Source: an uncultured bacterium
GTDB taxonomy: Bacteria; Krumholzibacteriota; Krumholzibacteriia; Krumholzibacteriales; WJIX01
DNA: 64,000 nucleotides
Direction: 5' to 3'
Assembly: GCA_964554125.1 (NCBI GenBank)
Contig: CAZKNG010000003.1
Coordinates: 2,971 to 66,970, forward strand
Positions 17,921 through 27,725 of this stretch are shown here, in pieces. The translations under genes and the position numbers were made by a program. Position 1 is the stretch's first letter. The number at the start of each line of letters is the position of its first letter. Under the pieces are notes generated by a model. The model ran no database searches. It was not told where the DNA came from and saw only the letters and a program-made list of their open reading frames with translations.

Positions 17921-20131
17921 TTAAGAATCCCTCTTACTGATTTCACCTGCCAGCTTCTTAAAATCCTCTGTTTCCCCGCGCACCTGTTTTACAAAACTGT
18001 TGTCTTCGATCGTTCCAATCGCGGCGTTCATCTCCTCAATATTTCTGTATGTATTCTGTCTGAACTTATTATCGAAATCCTTCTTTCTGGATCTATAGAC
18101 GGCCCGGTTAACAAATTCCTGAATCTCAACTGCTCTTTCAAGAGCTCCCAGCCAATCCTCTTTAGTAAACTCCGTATCGGAACCATTTATATCCCGAAGG
18201 GTAGCAAAGGCGTGTTTCTGTTTTTCAAACGGATATTCCTGCCATAGCTGGTCATATCTTTCGTGAATATCCTTCCAGGAAGAAAGTTTCCCCTTAACAA
18301 TATCTCTACGCAGACAGTCAACATCTCCTTCAGCGATAAGCTGTCCTCCTATATTAAGCCATCTCTCTTCGCGCTCACACCCTAGTTTTTCAACCATCGA
18401 TGAAAATCTTAATGAAGGATCAGATGCCATATATTCTATCAGATTCTTTACAGCGTAATAATGAAGCATATCAGAATAGGCCCTGTATGCCTCATAAACT
18501 TTAAAGATGATGACCTTTCTTTTTGACTTTTCCATATTTTCGCCCAGAATTTCCAGTTTATCTATCTTTCCTTTAGAGCCGGTGAGAAGCTCACGCCCCG
18601 CTGCAGCCAGCTTATCTTCGTCTTCATTACCGTCTAATTCACCTCTCTCGCGCAAGCTCGCTTTCGCTGCCGCAATCTCGAGCAGTCTACGGGCCTTTAT
18701 TATTTCTTCCGCTGTATCCGGAGCTAAAGGGTCGAATTCAATATTCTGTATCTTCCTCTCGCGTTTGTCTCTATTCCTGAACTTGGAGGAATTTCTTGCC
18801 AGGGCATACATATTATACAACCACCAGTATGCCGGCAGGACTTCAAGCCTGCCCTTTACGTCATTATTATTAACCAGTGAAAAGGGGAGAGGAATATCGA
18901 GTTCAGCCGGATAATCGGCTTTAGCAAGAAGAACAAAGGAAGCAAAACGGCACGAATGTTTAACGCTGACACATAATCCCGGCCAGAATCCTCTGCCCGC
19001 CTGAATTTCATTGTCGTTGGCGCGGCTGTTGTGATTTGAACCTATCGTAGCGCCCGCGGCCATATTACTCTGGCCCATAACCACAGAGGCTATCAGAAAC
19101 GAATTGTTGTGATGCTGTTCGTGAGCGGGAAATATCAGATTGTTGAGGACTTCACAACATGAAATGGTAGAATTATCCCCCAGGAAGGAGTTTATAAGCC
19201 TCGCTCCGTATTTCAGATTTGAATTATCACCAAGAATAAACCTCACTGCCTTGCAGCCGTAAAAGACATGACAACCGAAACCGATAATACCATTTACGAG
19301 CTCTACACCCTCTCCGATCTGTGTCTTTTCTGTTTCCGATGAATTAATAGTAAGATTCTTTAATTTGTTGACCCCTTTAATATAACAATGGGAACCGATC
19401 TTTACATCTTTTAGAATACGTGAATTCTTGATAACACACTGACTTCCGATAGTACCGTAATATCCTCTGCTTGAATCAAAACTCTCCTGAGTTATCTTCT
19501 TCAATTTTTCCTGCAGCGCCGTGTCATCTCTGTATTTTGCCCATATATAGGCGTCAGCTGTTATTATACCTTCGAAGGGCAACACGCTGCGGCATCCCGC
19601 TTCATTCATCAGGTCGAGCCATATTCGTACTTCCTCCTGCTCACCCTCCTTTATAATTCCATTTCCGAATTTGGCGTGATTTGTAGTATGCATTTCATTG
19701 ATATTTGACAAAATAGTTCTGTCACCCACAATGAAATGTGATAAATAAAATACATCGTGGACCGCTACATCATCTCCTATATCACACGCAATTATCAAAC
19801 TGTTTGTAATTCCGGCAGGCACCTTCAGATCATGGTGGTCAAGGATCACGTTTCTCACGTTTCCTATTCGAACACGGCCGTAGAAATCATTATTCTTTAT
19901 CTGTCCGGGATCAAATTTGTCGGTTACGAATATTTCATCCCAGTTATCGGAAGTATTGTTATTCTTCACAAGCCTGCGCACTTCATCGGAGCTGAGGTTA
20001 CGCCACCTTTTTTCAGGCCATAAAGCCTGGCTATAACGATGGTAGTACTCATCTTTTCCCTTCGGAAGGTACTCCTCCGGAATAAAATTTCTACCTATAA
20101 CACCTGCCGGTAAAATTCTGACACTATCCAA
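17921..20131 (-). CDS. Large left-handed beta-helix (hexapeptide-repeat) protein, DUF4954-like
   Basis: 736 aa. The central region has repeated [LIV]G.. hexapeptide periodicity (…IGEGVELVNGIIGFGCHVFYGCKAVRFILGDNSNL…GARLINSFLGDNSTIS…) and an acidic coiled C-terminus. The family assignment is from memory of DUF4954, not a search. Confidence 0.45.
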   Translation of the reverse strand: MDSVRILPAGVIGRNFIPEEYLPKGKDEYYHRYSQALWPEKRWRNLSSDEVRRLVKNNNTSDNWDEIFVTDKFDPGQIKNNDFYGRVRIGNVRNVILDHHDLKVPAGITNSLIIACDIGDDVAVHDVFYLSHFIVGDRTILSNINEMHTTNHAKFGNGIIKEGEQEEVRIWLDLMNEAGCRSVLPFEGIITADAYIWAKYRDDTALQEKLKKITQESFDSSRGYYGTIGSQCVIKNSRILKDVKIGSHCYIKGVNKLKNLTINSSETEKTQIGEGVELVNGIIGFGCHVFYGCKAVRFILGDNSNLKYGARLINSFLGDNSTISCCEVLNNLIFPAHEQHHNNSFLIASVVMGQSNMAAGATIGSNHNSRANDNEIQAGRGFWPGLCVSVKHSCRFASFVLLAKADYPAELDIPLPFSLVNNNDVKGRLEVLPAYWWLYNMYALARNSSKFRNRDKRERKIQNIEFDPLAPDTAEEIIKARRLLEIAAAKASLRERGELDGNEDEDKLAAAGRELLTGSKGKIDKLEILGENMEKSKRKVIIFKVYEAYRAYSDMLHYYAVKNLIEYMASDPSLRFSSMVEKLGCEREERWLNIGGQLIAEGDVDCLRRDIVKGKLSSWKDIHERYDQLWQEYPFEKQKHAFATLRDINGSDTEFTKEDWLGALERAVEIQEFVNRAVYRSRKKDFDNKFRQNTYRNIEEMNAAIGTIEDNSFVKQVRGETEDFKKLAGEISKRDS

Positions 20132-20379
20132 TTGTTCCTGCTCCCTCTGTCAAATCTCTCATTTTTTATATTATTATTGATTTATTGCCAACTGAAAGTG
20201 TACAATCAAATAGATAAGATTTCAAGATTATTCCCTCTCTCCTTGATATTTTCCACTAAAGATATAAATGATATACAGGATATATCCGATTCTCAGCAAT
20301 TCTTCTAAAAACCACAGAAGTTAAATATTCAGTTACATAACATATATTAGATCTTAAGGTTAGAGTGTACCCCCTAATC

Positions 20380-20408
20380 GTTGACAAAATGGGTGATTTC
20401 CGTTATAT
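20380..20408 (+). promoter_or_regulatory. Sigma-70-type promoter of the lipoprotein/FadL-like operon
   Basis: TTGACA-17 nt-TATATT, ending 22 nt upstream of the ATG. It is followed by a GGAG RBS. Confidence 0.5.
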
Positions 20409-20429
20409 TAAATCAATGGAGACAAGAAG

Positions 20430-20975
20430 ATGAAAAAGATAAATCCCTATTTCCTCAGCTTACTTTCCGCTCTCGCGCTTATCCTTTTTACATCCGGATG
20501 CTATACAATACTGAACCATCCCCGTGTCGAAACTGAACCACAGAATGACTATGAATATTATTCCTGTTCCGACTGCCATGGTCAAAACGCCTATTTTGGT
20601 CACTACTATCCTCCCCTCGCATATCCCGGCATGTGGCATGATTACTACATTCAACCATGGTGGTACGGTGAAATAGACAATACCGGGGAACAGGATATTC
20701 CGGTAAGAAGTATAATTGGAGATAGAGAAATAAGAATCCAGGATAATGATTTTATTACAAACCCCGGCAATATACGCGGCGGGTCTCCAACGGCCAGGGA
20801 AGTCAGAAAGACCGACACAGAGAAAAGTAACACAAACAGCGGTTCAACAAAGGATAATAGAACAAAAAGAATAAAGAGGTCTGAAAGAAAAGCACGGGAA
20901 AGCTCGAAAACAAGAGATAATAACGATTCCAGAGATAACAACAAAGACAGATCAGGTGATGATAATCGCCGATAA
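20430..20975 (+). CDS. Lipoprotein with an aromatic/His-rich Cys-containing motif and a highly charged low-complexity tail
   Basis: 181 aa. It has a signal peptide with a lipobox (…LILFTSGC). It is preceded by a good sigma-70 promoter (TTGACA-17-TATATT at 20380-20408) and a GGAG RBS. Confidence 0.6.
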   Translation: MKKINPYFLSLLSALALILFTSGCYTILNHPRVETEPQNDYEYYSCSDCHGQNAYFGHYYPPLAYPGMWHDYYIQPWWYGEIDNTGEQDIPVRSIIGDREIRIQDNDFITNPGNIRGGSPTAREVRKTDTEKSNTNSGSTKDNRTKRIKRSERKARESSKTRDNNDSRDNNKDRSGDDNRR

Positions 20976-21020
20976 GTTTTATCAGATGTCCATCCACTTC
21001 TTTTCGCTGCGAGGTGAATA

Positions 21021-22370
21021 TTGAATAAAGGAAAAATAGTTATTTTTACTGTAATAATGCTCTTTGCTGCCATTTCTGTTCGTTCACAGATAATAGAGAC
21101 TATTTCTGCTCGTTCACAGATAATAGGAAGTCTGCAGGCTGACAGGCTGGGCTTTCTCAACACATACCAGTCGGGCGGAAGGGCGGCATCTCTTGGCGGA
21201 GCTTATACTGCTGTAAGTAACGACGCGTTCGCTCTGATCTACAACCCCGCGGGTCTGACTCAGATAAAAAAGAAGGAATTATCATTCGGTATACATTACA
21301 GCACGGAAGATCTATCCACTAATTACGACGGACATAATTTTCTGCTTCCTAATTCTTCCGCCGGGATAAGTCACCTCACAACAGTATATCCCTTCCCCAC
21401 TTACCGGGGTAGCCTGGTTCTCGGGTTCGGTGTTTTCAAAGTGGCGGATTCAGATCTGGAATATTTCAAGAGTTCTTACCGGGCTGATCTGAACGGCACT
21501 GTCACGAATACACTCAATCAGACGGGAAATATATATCAGTACCGTTTCGGCGCGGGAGTCGATATTTCACCGAGGATAGCAGCAGGCGCTAATCTCGTGG
21601 TTTGGGACGGATCTTCGGGATTCGTGGAAGATATTTCCTTCGAGCATACAACCTTGGATTCATTCTATGTTTTCAGTGATGACGTTTCTGTCAATCTCGA
21701 CGGGCTGAGTATGGAGATCGGCCTGCTGTTCAGATTGTCCAAGGCACTCAGAGCCGGACTAAAGATAAGCACTCCTGCATGGTTATCGTACGACGGGAAC
21801 GCCGTTGAATACTATGACGGAAGTTATTCAGACGGCGCCGGGTGGACAACAGATCCTTATTACTATTATATCGAAGACGAGTATACACTGCCCATGAAAC
21901 TTAGAGGAGGAGTGTCATACCGATTCAGGAACCTTCTTCTATGCGCGGACGCCGAATATTGTGACTATACTCAGACTGAATATAACGGTAAAAAACTATA
22001 CGTTAACCGTGCTGGTGCTGTCCTGGAGAAAACACTTGATTTTAGTTTTGGAGCAGAGTTTACTCTCCCCTTCTACCCGGCTAAACTCCGGGCGGGTTAT
22101 TCCTATCACCCCTCCAGATTTATTGGAATGGAAGAATTGGCCTATATAGAAGAACCAACACCCGAAACAATTAACATTAAATCTAACTGGTCTCTTTTCG
22201 ACGTTATAAAGAAGCGCCAGCTCTATTCCTTCGGCGTAGGAGGGCTTATAGACAAGGTTCTAAAGCTCGACCTGACTGTTTCAGTAGGAAGTTTCGAAAG
22301 GGAGACAGAATATCTGACAGAAACTGTAGAATTTACTAAAACCTCCCTTTCAACATCTTATCGATTCTAA
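21021..22370 (+). CDS. FadL/TodX/OmpP1-like outer-membrane transport beta-barrel
   Basis: 449 aa. It has a signal peptide, an N-terminal hatch motif (…GGAYTAVSNDAFALIYNPAGL… with NPA), and a C-terminal …SYRF aromatic terminus. It starts 45 bp after the lipoprotein gene, consistent with an operon. Confidence 0.6.
   Translation: MNKGKIVIFTVIMLFAAISVRSQIIETISARSQIIGSLQADRLGFLNTYQSGGRAASLGGAYTAVSNDAFALIYNPAGLTQIKKKELSFGIHYSTEDLSTNYDGHNFLLPNSSAGISHLTTVYPFPTYRGSLVLGFGVFKVADSDLEYFKSSYRADLNGTVTNTLNQTGNIYQYRFGAGVDISPRIAAGANLVVWDGSSGFVEDISFEHTTLDSFYVFSDDVSVNLDGLSMEIGLLFRLSKALRAGLKISTPAWLSYDGNAVEYYDGSYSDGAGWTTDPYYYYIEDEYTLPMKLRGGVSYRFRNLLLCADAEYCDYTQTEYNGKKLYVNRAGAVLEKTLDFSFGAEFTLPFYPAKLRAGYSYHPSRFIGMEELAYIEEPTPETINIKSNWSLFDVIKKRQLYSFGVGGLIDKVLKLDLTVSVGSFERETEYLTETVEFTKTSLSTSYRF
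21072..21125 (+). repeat. Imperfect 30-bp tandem duplication inside the 5' end of the FadL-like gene
   Basis: ATTTCTGTTCGTTCACAGATAATA and ATTTCTGCTCGTTCACAGATAATA lie 30 bp apart. They encode ISVRSQII / ISARSQII at the signal-peptide/mature junction. Confidence 0.7.
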
Positions 22371-22489
22371 TGAGGTCTTATCCTTTTAAGAATATGCCTG
22401 TTTTTTTGCGTTAGGTCTATAGCGGAGGGTGTTTTCCTAAGGGGAAGATATATCGGATCAGATACGCTGGATTCCTGAGGGCTGCTGAA

Positions 22490-23248
22490 TCAGTCCTTTA
22501 CCAGAAGATTAGCGAGAGCTTCCTTTGCGGCCATCTGCTCGGCATCTTTTTTATTTTTGCCTCTTCCTTTTCCGCGAACTCTTCCATCGATATTCACTTC
22601 GATAAAGAATATTTTATCATGTTCAGGACCCCTCGTAGATTTTACTCTGTAGTCAGGATATTCGGCGTATTTCCGCTGTGAGAGTTCCTGAAGTTCACTT
22701 TTGTAGTTTATATGATCCCTGTGCTCAATATCTTCACGCAAGGTGCCCAGAATAAAATTAGAGATAAACTTCCTGGCCGCTCTCAGGCCACCGTCAATAT
22801 ATATTGCTCCGATAATTGCTTCAATAACGTCGGATTGTATTGACTCCTTACTGTGTACACCGTCCCTGTAGGCATTGTCACTGAGAATTATATGCTCCTT
22901 GAGATTGATTATCTCCGCTTTCTTTGCCAGAACATTTTTACTTACCATAAGCGATTTCTTTTTTGTAAGCTCTCCTTCATTTTCATCGGGAAATTTCTTC
23001 ATAAGGTATTCAGCAGTGGCAAGTCCGAGAACAGCGTCACCTAGAAATTCAAGACGCTCATATGTGGTATCCTTATTCCCGTTTAAGGGTTCCCCCAGAA
23101 CTGAACTGTGGGTTAATGCCTCTATAAGATTATCTCTACGGTGAAAGTGGTGCCCTATCTTATTCTCCAGGATGTCAAGATGAGATCCCCCGGTATCGTC
23201 AGAAGCCCCCCTGAAAAAGGACTTTAAACGATTTATAAACCCTCTCAT
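22490..23248 (-). CDS. rnc: Ribonuclease III
   Basis: 252 aa with the RNase III signature ERLEFLGDAVL and a C-terminal dsRBD. Confidence 0.9.
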   Translation of the reverse strand: MRGFINRLKSFFRGASDDTGGSHLDILENKIGHHFHRRDNLIEALTHSSVLGEPLNGNKDTTYERLEFLGDAVLGLATAEYLMKKFPDENEGELTKKKSLMVSKNVLAKKAEIINLKEHIILSDNAYRDGVHSKESIQSDVIEAIIGAIYIDGGLRAARKFISNFILGTLREDIEHRDHINYKSELQELSQRKYAEYPDYRVKSTRGPEHDKIFFIEVNIDGRVRGKGRGKNKKDAEQMAAKEALANLLVKD

Positions 23249-23271
23249 AAGAAATCTCTTCAGTTCAGCAA

Positions 23272-24525
23272 TTAAAACTTTTTCAAAACAAGGCTTACGT
23301 TATGTCCGCCAAATCCAAAGGAGTTACTCAGCACATAATTTAATTTTTTCTCGCGTGCTTCGAATAAATGGTTCAGCCTGCAATCCTCATCAATCTTTTC
23401 AAGATTAGCTGTCGGCGGCATAATATTATTTACGAGCGCCATTGTAGAGATGATAAATTCCACTCCCGCAGCACCTCCGAGAAGATGGCCGGTGCAGGAT
23501 TTAGTTGAACTGACATCTACAGAACTATCTTTTCCGAAAAGAGATAATATAGCCTGCGCTTCAGCCCTGTCGTTATACTGAGTCGATGTGCCGTGTGCAT
23601 TAATATATCCAATCTCTTCCGGTGTAATTCCAGCATCCTTGAGGGCCATACGCATCGAGCTCAGAGCCCCTTCTCCATTTGGAGAGGGAGAAGTTATATG
23701 ATACGCGTCCGCCGTCATACCAACCCCCGCTAACTCGGCAAATATCTCAGCTCCGCGGGCCTTTGCGTGTTCCAGTTCCTCAATAAGTATAATTCCCGCT
23801 CCTTCAGCCATAACAAATCCGTCACGATCCGAGTCAAATGGACGGCTGGATCCTTTTGGATCTTCATTCCGGGTTGAGAGTGCTTTCATCTGACAAAACC
23901 CGCCAAGAGCCATGGGAGAAATAGTGGCTTCAGCTCCGCCGGTTACAACGGCCTCCGCATATCCGCTCTTTATTGCCATCCATGAAGTCGCTAAAGCGTG
24001 TCCGCCTGAAGCACAAGCTGATACTGTAGCGTAATTGGGGCCCTTGAACCCGTATCTGATAGAAACCAGACCTGAAGCCATATCAGAAATCATCATAGGA
24101 ATAAAGAAAGGACTTATCCTTGAAGGTCCACCTTTCAAGTATCTTGCGTGCTGCTTTTCAAAGGTTTTAATCCCACCGATTCCTGAGCCGATTATCACTC
24201 CAAAATTGTCACCATCGGCCTTGTCGACATCCAGAAGACTGACTGTCTCAGCTGAAGCCGCTACAGCCAGCTGGGAAGAACGATCCATCCTCTTCGCGTC
24301 CTTCCTTTCCATATACTCGTTAGGATCAAAGTCTCTTACTTCACCGCCTACCTGTGAACTGTAATCACTAACGTCAAAAGCCTTTATTATATCAATACCG
24401 GGCCTGCCGGCGACGATGTTTTCCCAGTTTTCTTCCACAGTCTTTCCACACGGGCTTATAATCCCCATTCCCGTAACTACTACTCTTCTGCTGCTGGCGG
24501 ACATATTCCCCCCTGTACTAACCAT
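23272..24525 (-). CDS. fabF: Beta-ketoacyl-ACP synthase II
   Basis: 417 aa KAS II with a Cys-His-His active-site context. It is positioned after acpP. Confidence 0.9.
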   Translation of the reverse strand: MVSTGGNMSASSRRVVVTGMGIISPCGKTVEENWENIVAGRPGIDIIKAFDVSDYSSQVGGEVRDFDPNEYMERKDAKRMDRSSQLAVAASAETVSLLDVDKADGDNFGVIIGSGIGGIKTFEKQHARYLKGGPSRISPFFIPMMISDMASGLVSIRYGFKGPNYATVSACASGGHALATSWMAIKSGYAEAVVTGGAEATISPMALGGFCQMKALSTRNEDPKGSSRPFDSDRDGFVMAEGAGIILIEELEHAKARGAEIFAELAGVGMTADAYHITSPSPNGEGALSSMRMALKDAGITPEEIGYINAHGTSTQYNDRAEAQAILSLFGKDSSVDVSSTKSCTGHLLGGAAGVEFIISTMALVNNIMPPTANLEKIDEDCRLNHLFEAREKKLNYVLSNSFGFGGHNVSLVLKKF

Positions 24526-24644
24526 TAAAGATTCCCTTTATAAAGGGCTCTGGTAATACTTCTGAAGTTTTATACCCGTAATCTCCGGTTTCAATCACAT
24601 CTCTTCTCTAACCTTACAGATTCCCGTAGAGAAACGCGCTAATA

Positions 24645-24881
24645 CTACTCCTTTACGTTATCCTTAACATAATTAATCGCTTCCCCTACTTTTGTTATCT
24701 TTTCAGCTTCTTCGTCCGGAATCTCCATACCGAATTCTTCCTCGAGAGCCATAACGAGTTCTACTGTATCGAGAGAATCAGCACCGAGATCATCGATAAA
24801 TGAAGCCTCTTCCTTTATCTGATCCTGATTAACTGAAAGTTGTTCTTCTATAACCTTTTTTACTCTGTCTTCGAGTGCCAT
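24645..24881 (-). CDS. acpP: Acyl carrier protein
   Basis: 78 aa with the DLGADSLD phosphopantetheine attachment motif. Confidence 0.95.
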   Translation of the reverse strand: MALEDRVKKVIEEQLSVNQDQIKEEASFIDDLGADSLDTVELVMALEEEFGMEIPDEEAEKITKVGEAINYVKDNVKE

Positions 24882-24912
24882 CTAGCTTTTACCTCCTGTT
24901 TCTTTTAAAGCA

Positions 24913-25656
24913 CTAAGCCATCACCATTCCACCATCACAGTTTATAACCTGACCTGTGACATAACTTCCGAGCTCGGAGACGAGGAACAGCACTATACCC
25001 GCCACATCACTTCCGGTTCCAAACCTTCCGAGTGGTATCTGATTAAGCATGCCTTCCCTTATATCATCGGAAAGCTTCGCCGTCATCGCTGTCTTGATAA
25101 ATCCCGGAGCAATCGCGTTTGCTGTTATGCCGCGAGGAGCTAATTCCTTCGCAACCGATTTAGTAAACCCTATGACACCGGCCTTACTGGCGGCATAATT
25201 ACTTTGGCCCGCGTTTCCCATAAGACCTATAACCGATGCTATATTGACTACGCGGCCAAACCTTTTCTTAAGCATATGCTTAGTAACCGCCTTAGTAAAA
25301 TTATACGAGCCGGTCAAATTAACCTTGATAACACTTTCCCATTCTTCATCCTTCATGCGAAGAAGAAGGTTATCCCGGGTAACTCCCGCATTGTTTATCA
25401 AGAAATGAACCTGATCGTGCCATCCCAGAACGCTTGAGACACATTCAGCGACACTGGCTGAATCTGCAATATCACACTCGAGGGCGAGCCCCCCGGCTCC
25501 CTTCTCTTCTATCAGAGAAACCGTTTCAGAGGCACCTTCAGGGTTAACATCAACCACAGCTATATCAACACCTGAACCGGCTAGAGCAAGAGCTATTTCC
25601 CTTCCTATACCCTGACCGGCTCCGGTAACAATCGCCGTTTTACCTTTGAGATCCAT
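24913..25656 (-). CDS. fabG: 3-oxoacyl-ACP reductase
   Basis: 247 aa SDR with TGAGQGIG and YAASKAG motifs. Confidence 0.9.
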   Translation of the reverse strand: MDLKGKTAIVTGAGQGIGREIALALAGSGVDIAVVDVNPEGASETVSLIEEKGAGGLALECDIADSASVAECVSSVLGWHDQVHFLINNAGVTRDNLLLRMKDEEWESVIKVNLTGSYNFTKAVTKHMLKKRFGRVVNIASVIGLMGNAGQSNYAASKAGVIGFTKSVAKELAPRGITANAIAPGFIKTAMTAKLSDDIREGMLNQIPLGRFGTGSDVAGIVLFLVSELGSYVTGQVINCDGGMVMA

Positions 25657-25737
25657 TATAAACTATCCCCTTTTTACATAAATCGATCAAATACAAAAGA
25701 TATCTATCAAAAAACACACATTTAATAAAGCAATACT

Positions 25738-26682
25738 TTATACAAAATCGTTCCCCGAGGCAACAATCTTTTTTATTTCTTCAACAGTGCCGGCTCTTGT
25801 TACTGTCCTTCGGCGGTCAATCCTCCTCATTAGACCTGAGAGCACCCTGCCGGGTCCCGCTTCAATAATATCCCCGTCCCACTTCTTCAGAAGTAAATCC
25901 ATAGAATCAGACCAGAGAACCGGACTGGTAAGCTGCCTTGAAAGAGCGTCTATAACTTCATCTCTGCTTCTTACAACATTTCCATCTACATTAGATATTA
26001 CATCCACTTCGGGGTCACATATTTTAAATTTTTTTATAAAGGATACAAGTTCATCTTCAGCTGAAGAAACAAGAGGAGAATGAAAAGCCCCGCTGACATT
26101 AAGCTCAAGAACCTTCTTAGCTCCCTCTTTCTTCGCCGCTTCCATTGCTCTCTGTACCGCTTCGATATGTCCTGAAATAACTATCTGCCCGGGACAATTA
26201 ATATTTGCCACCACAACAATAGAGTTCTCGGTGGAAGAATTCTCACATATTTTCTTAACGCTGGATCTTTCCATGCCGATAACCGCGGCCATTGTGCCAG
26301 GCTGGCGTAACCCAGCTTCATACATAAGCTCGCCTCGTTTCCTCACTATCTTCAAAGCATCCATAACTTCAACGGCACCGGCAGCTACAAGGGCTGAATA
26401 CTCTCCAAGACTGTGTCCCGCTGTAATTACAGCTTCAATTTGAGTTTCGTTCTTAAGAACGCTCCAGACCGCCATGCTGTGAAGCAATATCGCCGGCTGT
26501 GCGTTTCTGGTTTCAGTAAGAGTAGCTTTATCGCCTTCAAAGCAAATACCCGACAGTGAAAAGCCCAAAGTTTCATCGCCTTCTTCATACAATCTCTCGG
26601 CGGTCTTAAACTCCGCGGCAAGATCCTTGCCCATTCCTACAAACTGTGAACCCTGTCCGGGGAATATTACTGCTTTCTTCAT
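25738..26682 (-). CDS. fabD: Malonyl-CoA:ACP transacylase
   Basis: 314 aa with FPGQGSQ and GHSLGEYSAL motifs. Confidence 0.9.
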   Translation of the reverse strand: MKKAVIFPGQGSQFVGMGKDLAAEFKTAERLYEEGDETLGFSLSGICFEGDKATLTETRNAQPAILLHSMAVWSVLKNETQIEAVITAGHSLGEYSALVAAGAVEVMDALKIVRKRGELMYEAGLRQPGTMAAVIGMERSSVKKICENSSTENSIVVVANINCPGQIVISGHIEAVQRAMEAAKKEGAKKVLELNVSGAFHSPLVSSAEDELVSFIKKFKICDPEVDVISNVDGNVVRSRDEVIDALSRQLTSPVLWSDSMDLLLKKWDGDIIEAGPGRVLSGLMRRIDRRRTVTRAGTVEEIKKIVASGNDFV

Positions 26683-26720
26683 CCTGTACTGCTCCTTCTA
26701 CCTGTTACTTCCAACAAAGA

Positions 26721-27725
26721 TTATTTTCTGAATAAAACAGCCCCCCACGTCAATCCTCCTCCAAAGGCTACAAGAAGGACAATATCACCTTTTTTTATAA
26801 CTTCTTCATCCTGTTCTTCAAGTTCTCCCAGCGCTATGGGTATGCTGGCTGTTGAAGTATTGCCCATTCTATCTATATTAATAACAACCTGTTCCTTCTT
26901 TAACTTCAACATTCTTCGAACACCCTCTATAATCCTGATATTTGCCTGATGAGGTATCAGAAAATCCACATCCTCGGAGCTGAGCCCGGCCGAACTCAGT
27001 GTTTCCTTAGCTGCCTGAGACATTGCTTTTACGGCATATTTAAATAATTCACTGCCCTTCATCTTTAGATATTGCTCCCCTTCTTCAATGCTTTCAGCGG
27101 TAAGGGGACTCCTCGACCCACCTCCCGGAAGATAAAGCAGGTCGGAATATCTGCCGTCCGTCTTTATAAAGGTTGATAAAATACCTTCTTCGGGAGGACA
27201 TGATTCCAAAACAACGGCCCCCGCGCCGTCTCCAAAGAGAACGCATGTCGATCTATCTGTATAATCAGTTATACGGGAGAGAATCTCCACTCCAACTACG
27301 AGGATCTTATCGGCCTTACCTGATGAAATGAAGGCGTCCGCAATTGTTACACCGAAAATAAACCCGGAACACGCGGCTGTCAAATCATAAGCCGCGGCAT
27401 TCTTAGCTCCGAGTCTATCCTGGAGCAAACATGCAGTTGAAGGAAATATCATATCAGAGGTAGCGGTACCGACTATTATCTGATCAAGCTCCTCAGCCTT
27501 GACGCCGGCCTTCTTTAAAGCCTTTACAGAAGCTTCATAACTGATATCACTTGCCGCTTCATCATCTCTTGCGATATGTCTTTCGCGAATACCGGTTCTT
27601 TCGACAATCCATTCATCAGAAGTATCGACAATCTTTTCAAAATCTTCATTAGTAAGTATTTTCTCGGGGATATGGTATCCCACACTTTTAATCTTTGTTC
27701 CCCTTAACTGTCGTCCGCTGCTCAA
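26721..27725 (-). CDS. fabH: Beta-ketoacyl-ACP synthase III
   Basis: 334 aa KAS III. The catalytic Cys context is AACSGF, and His/Asn regions are present. Confidence 0.9.
   Translation of the reverse strand: MSSGRQLRGTKIKSVGYHIPEKILTNEDFEKIVDTSDEWIVERTGIRERHIARDDEAASDISYEASVKALKKAGVKAEELDQIIVGTATSDMIFPSTACLLQDRLGAKNAAAYDLTAACSGFIFGVTIADAFISSGKADKILVVGVEILSRITDYTDRSTCVLFGDGAGAVVLESCPPEEGILSTFIKTDGRYSDLLYLPGGGSRSPLTAESIEEGEQYLKMKGSELFKYAVKAMSQAAKETLSSAGLSSEDVDFLIPHQANIRIIEGVRRMLKLKKEQVVINIDRMGNTSTASIPIALGELEEQDEEVIKKGDIVLLVAFGGGLTWGAVLFRK

Noticed and set aside
20651-21163. 170-aa minus-strand ORF spanning the lipoprotein 3' end and the FadL-like gene start
   Set aside because: It overlaps two signal-peptide-bearing plus-strand genes and is a leucine/serine-rich low-complexity translation, so it is most likely spurious.
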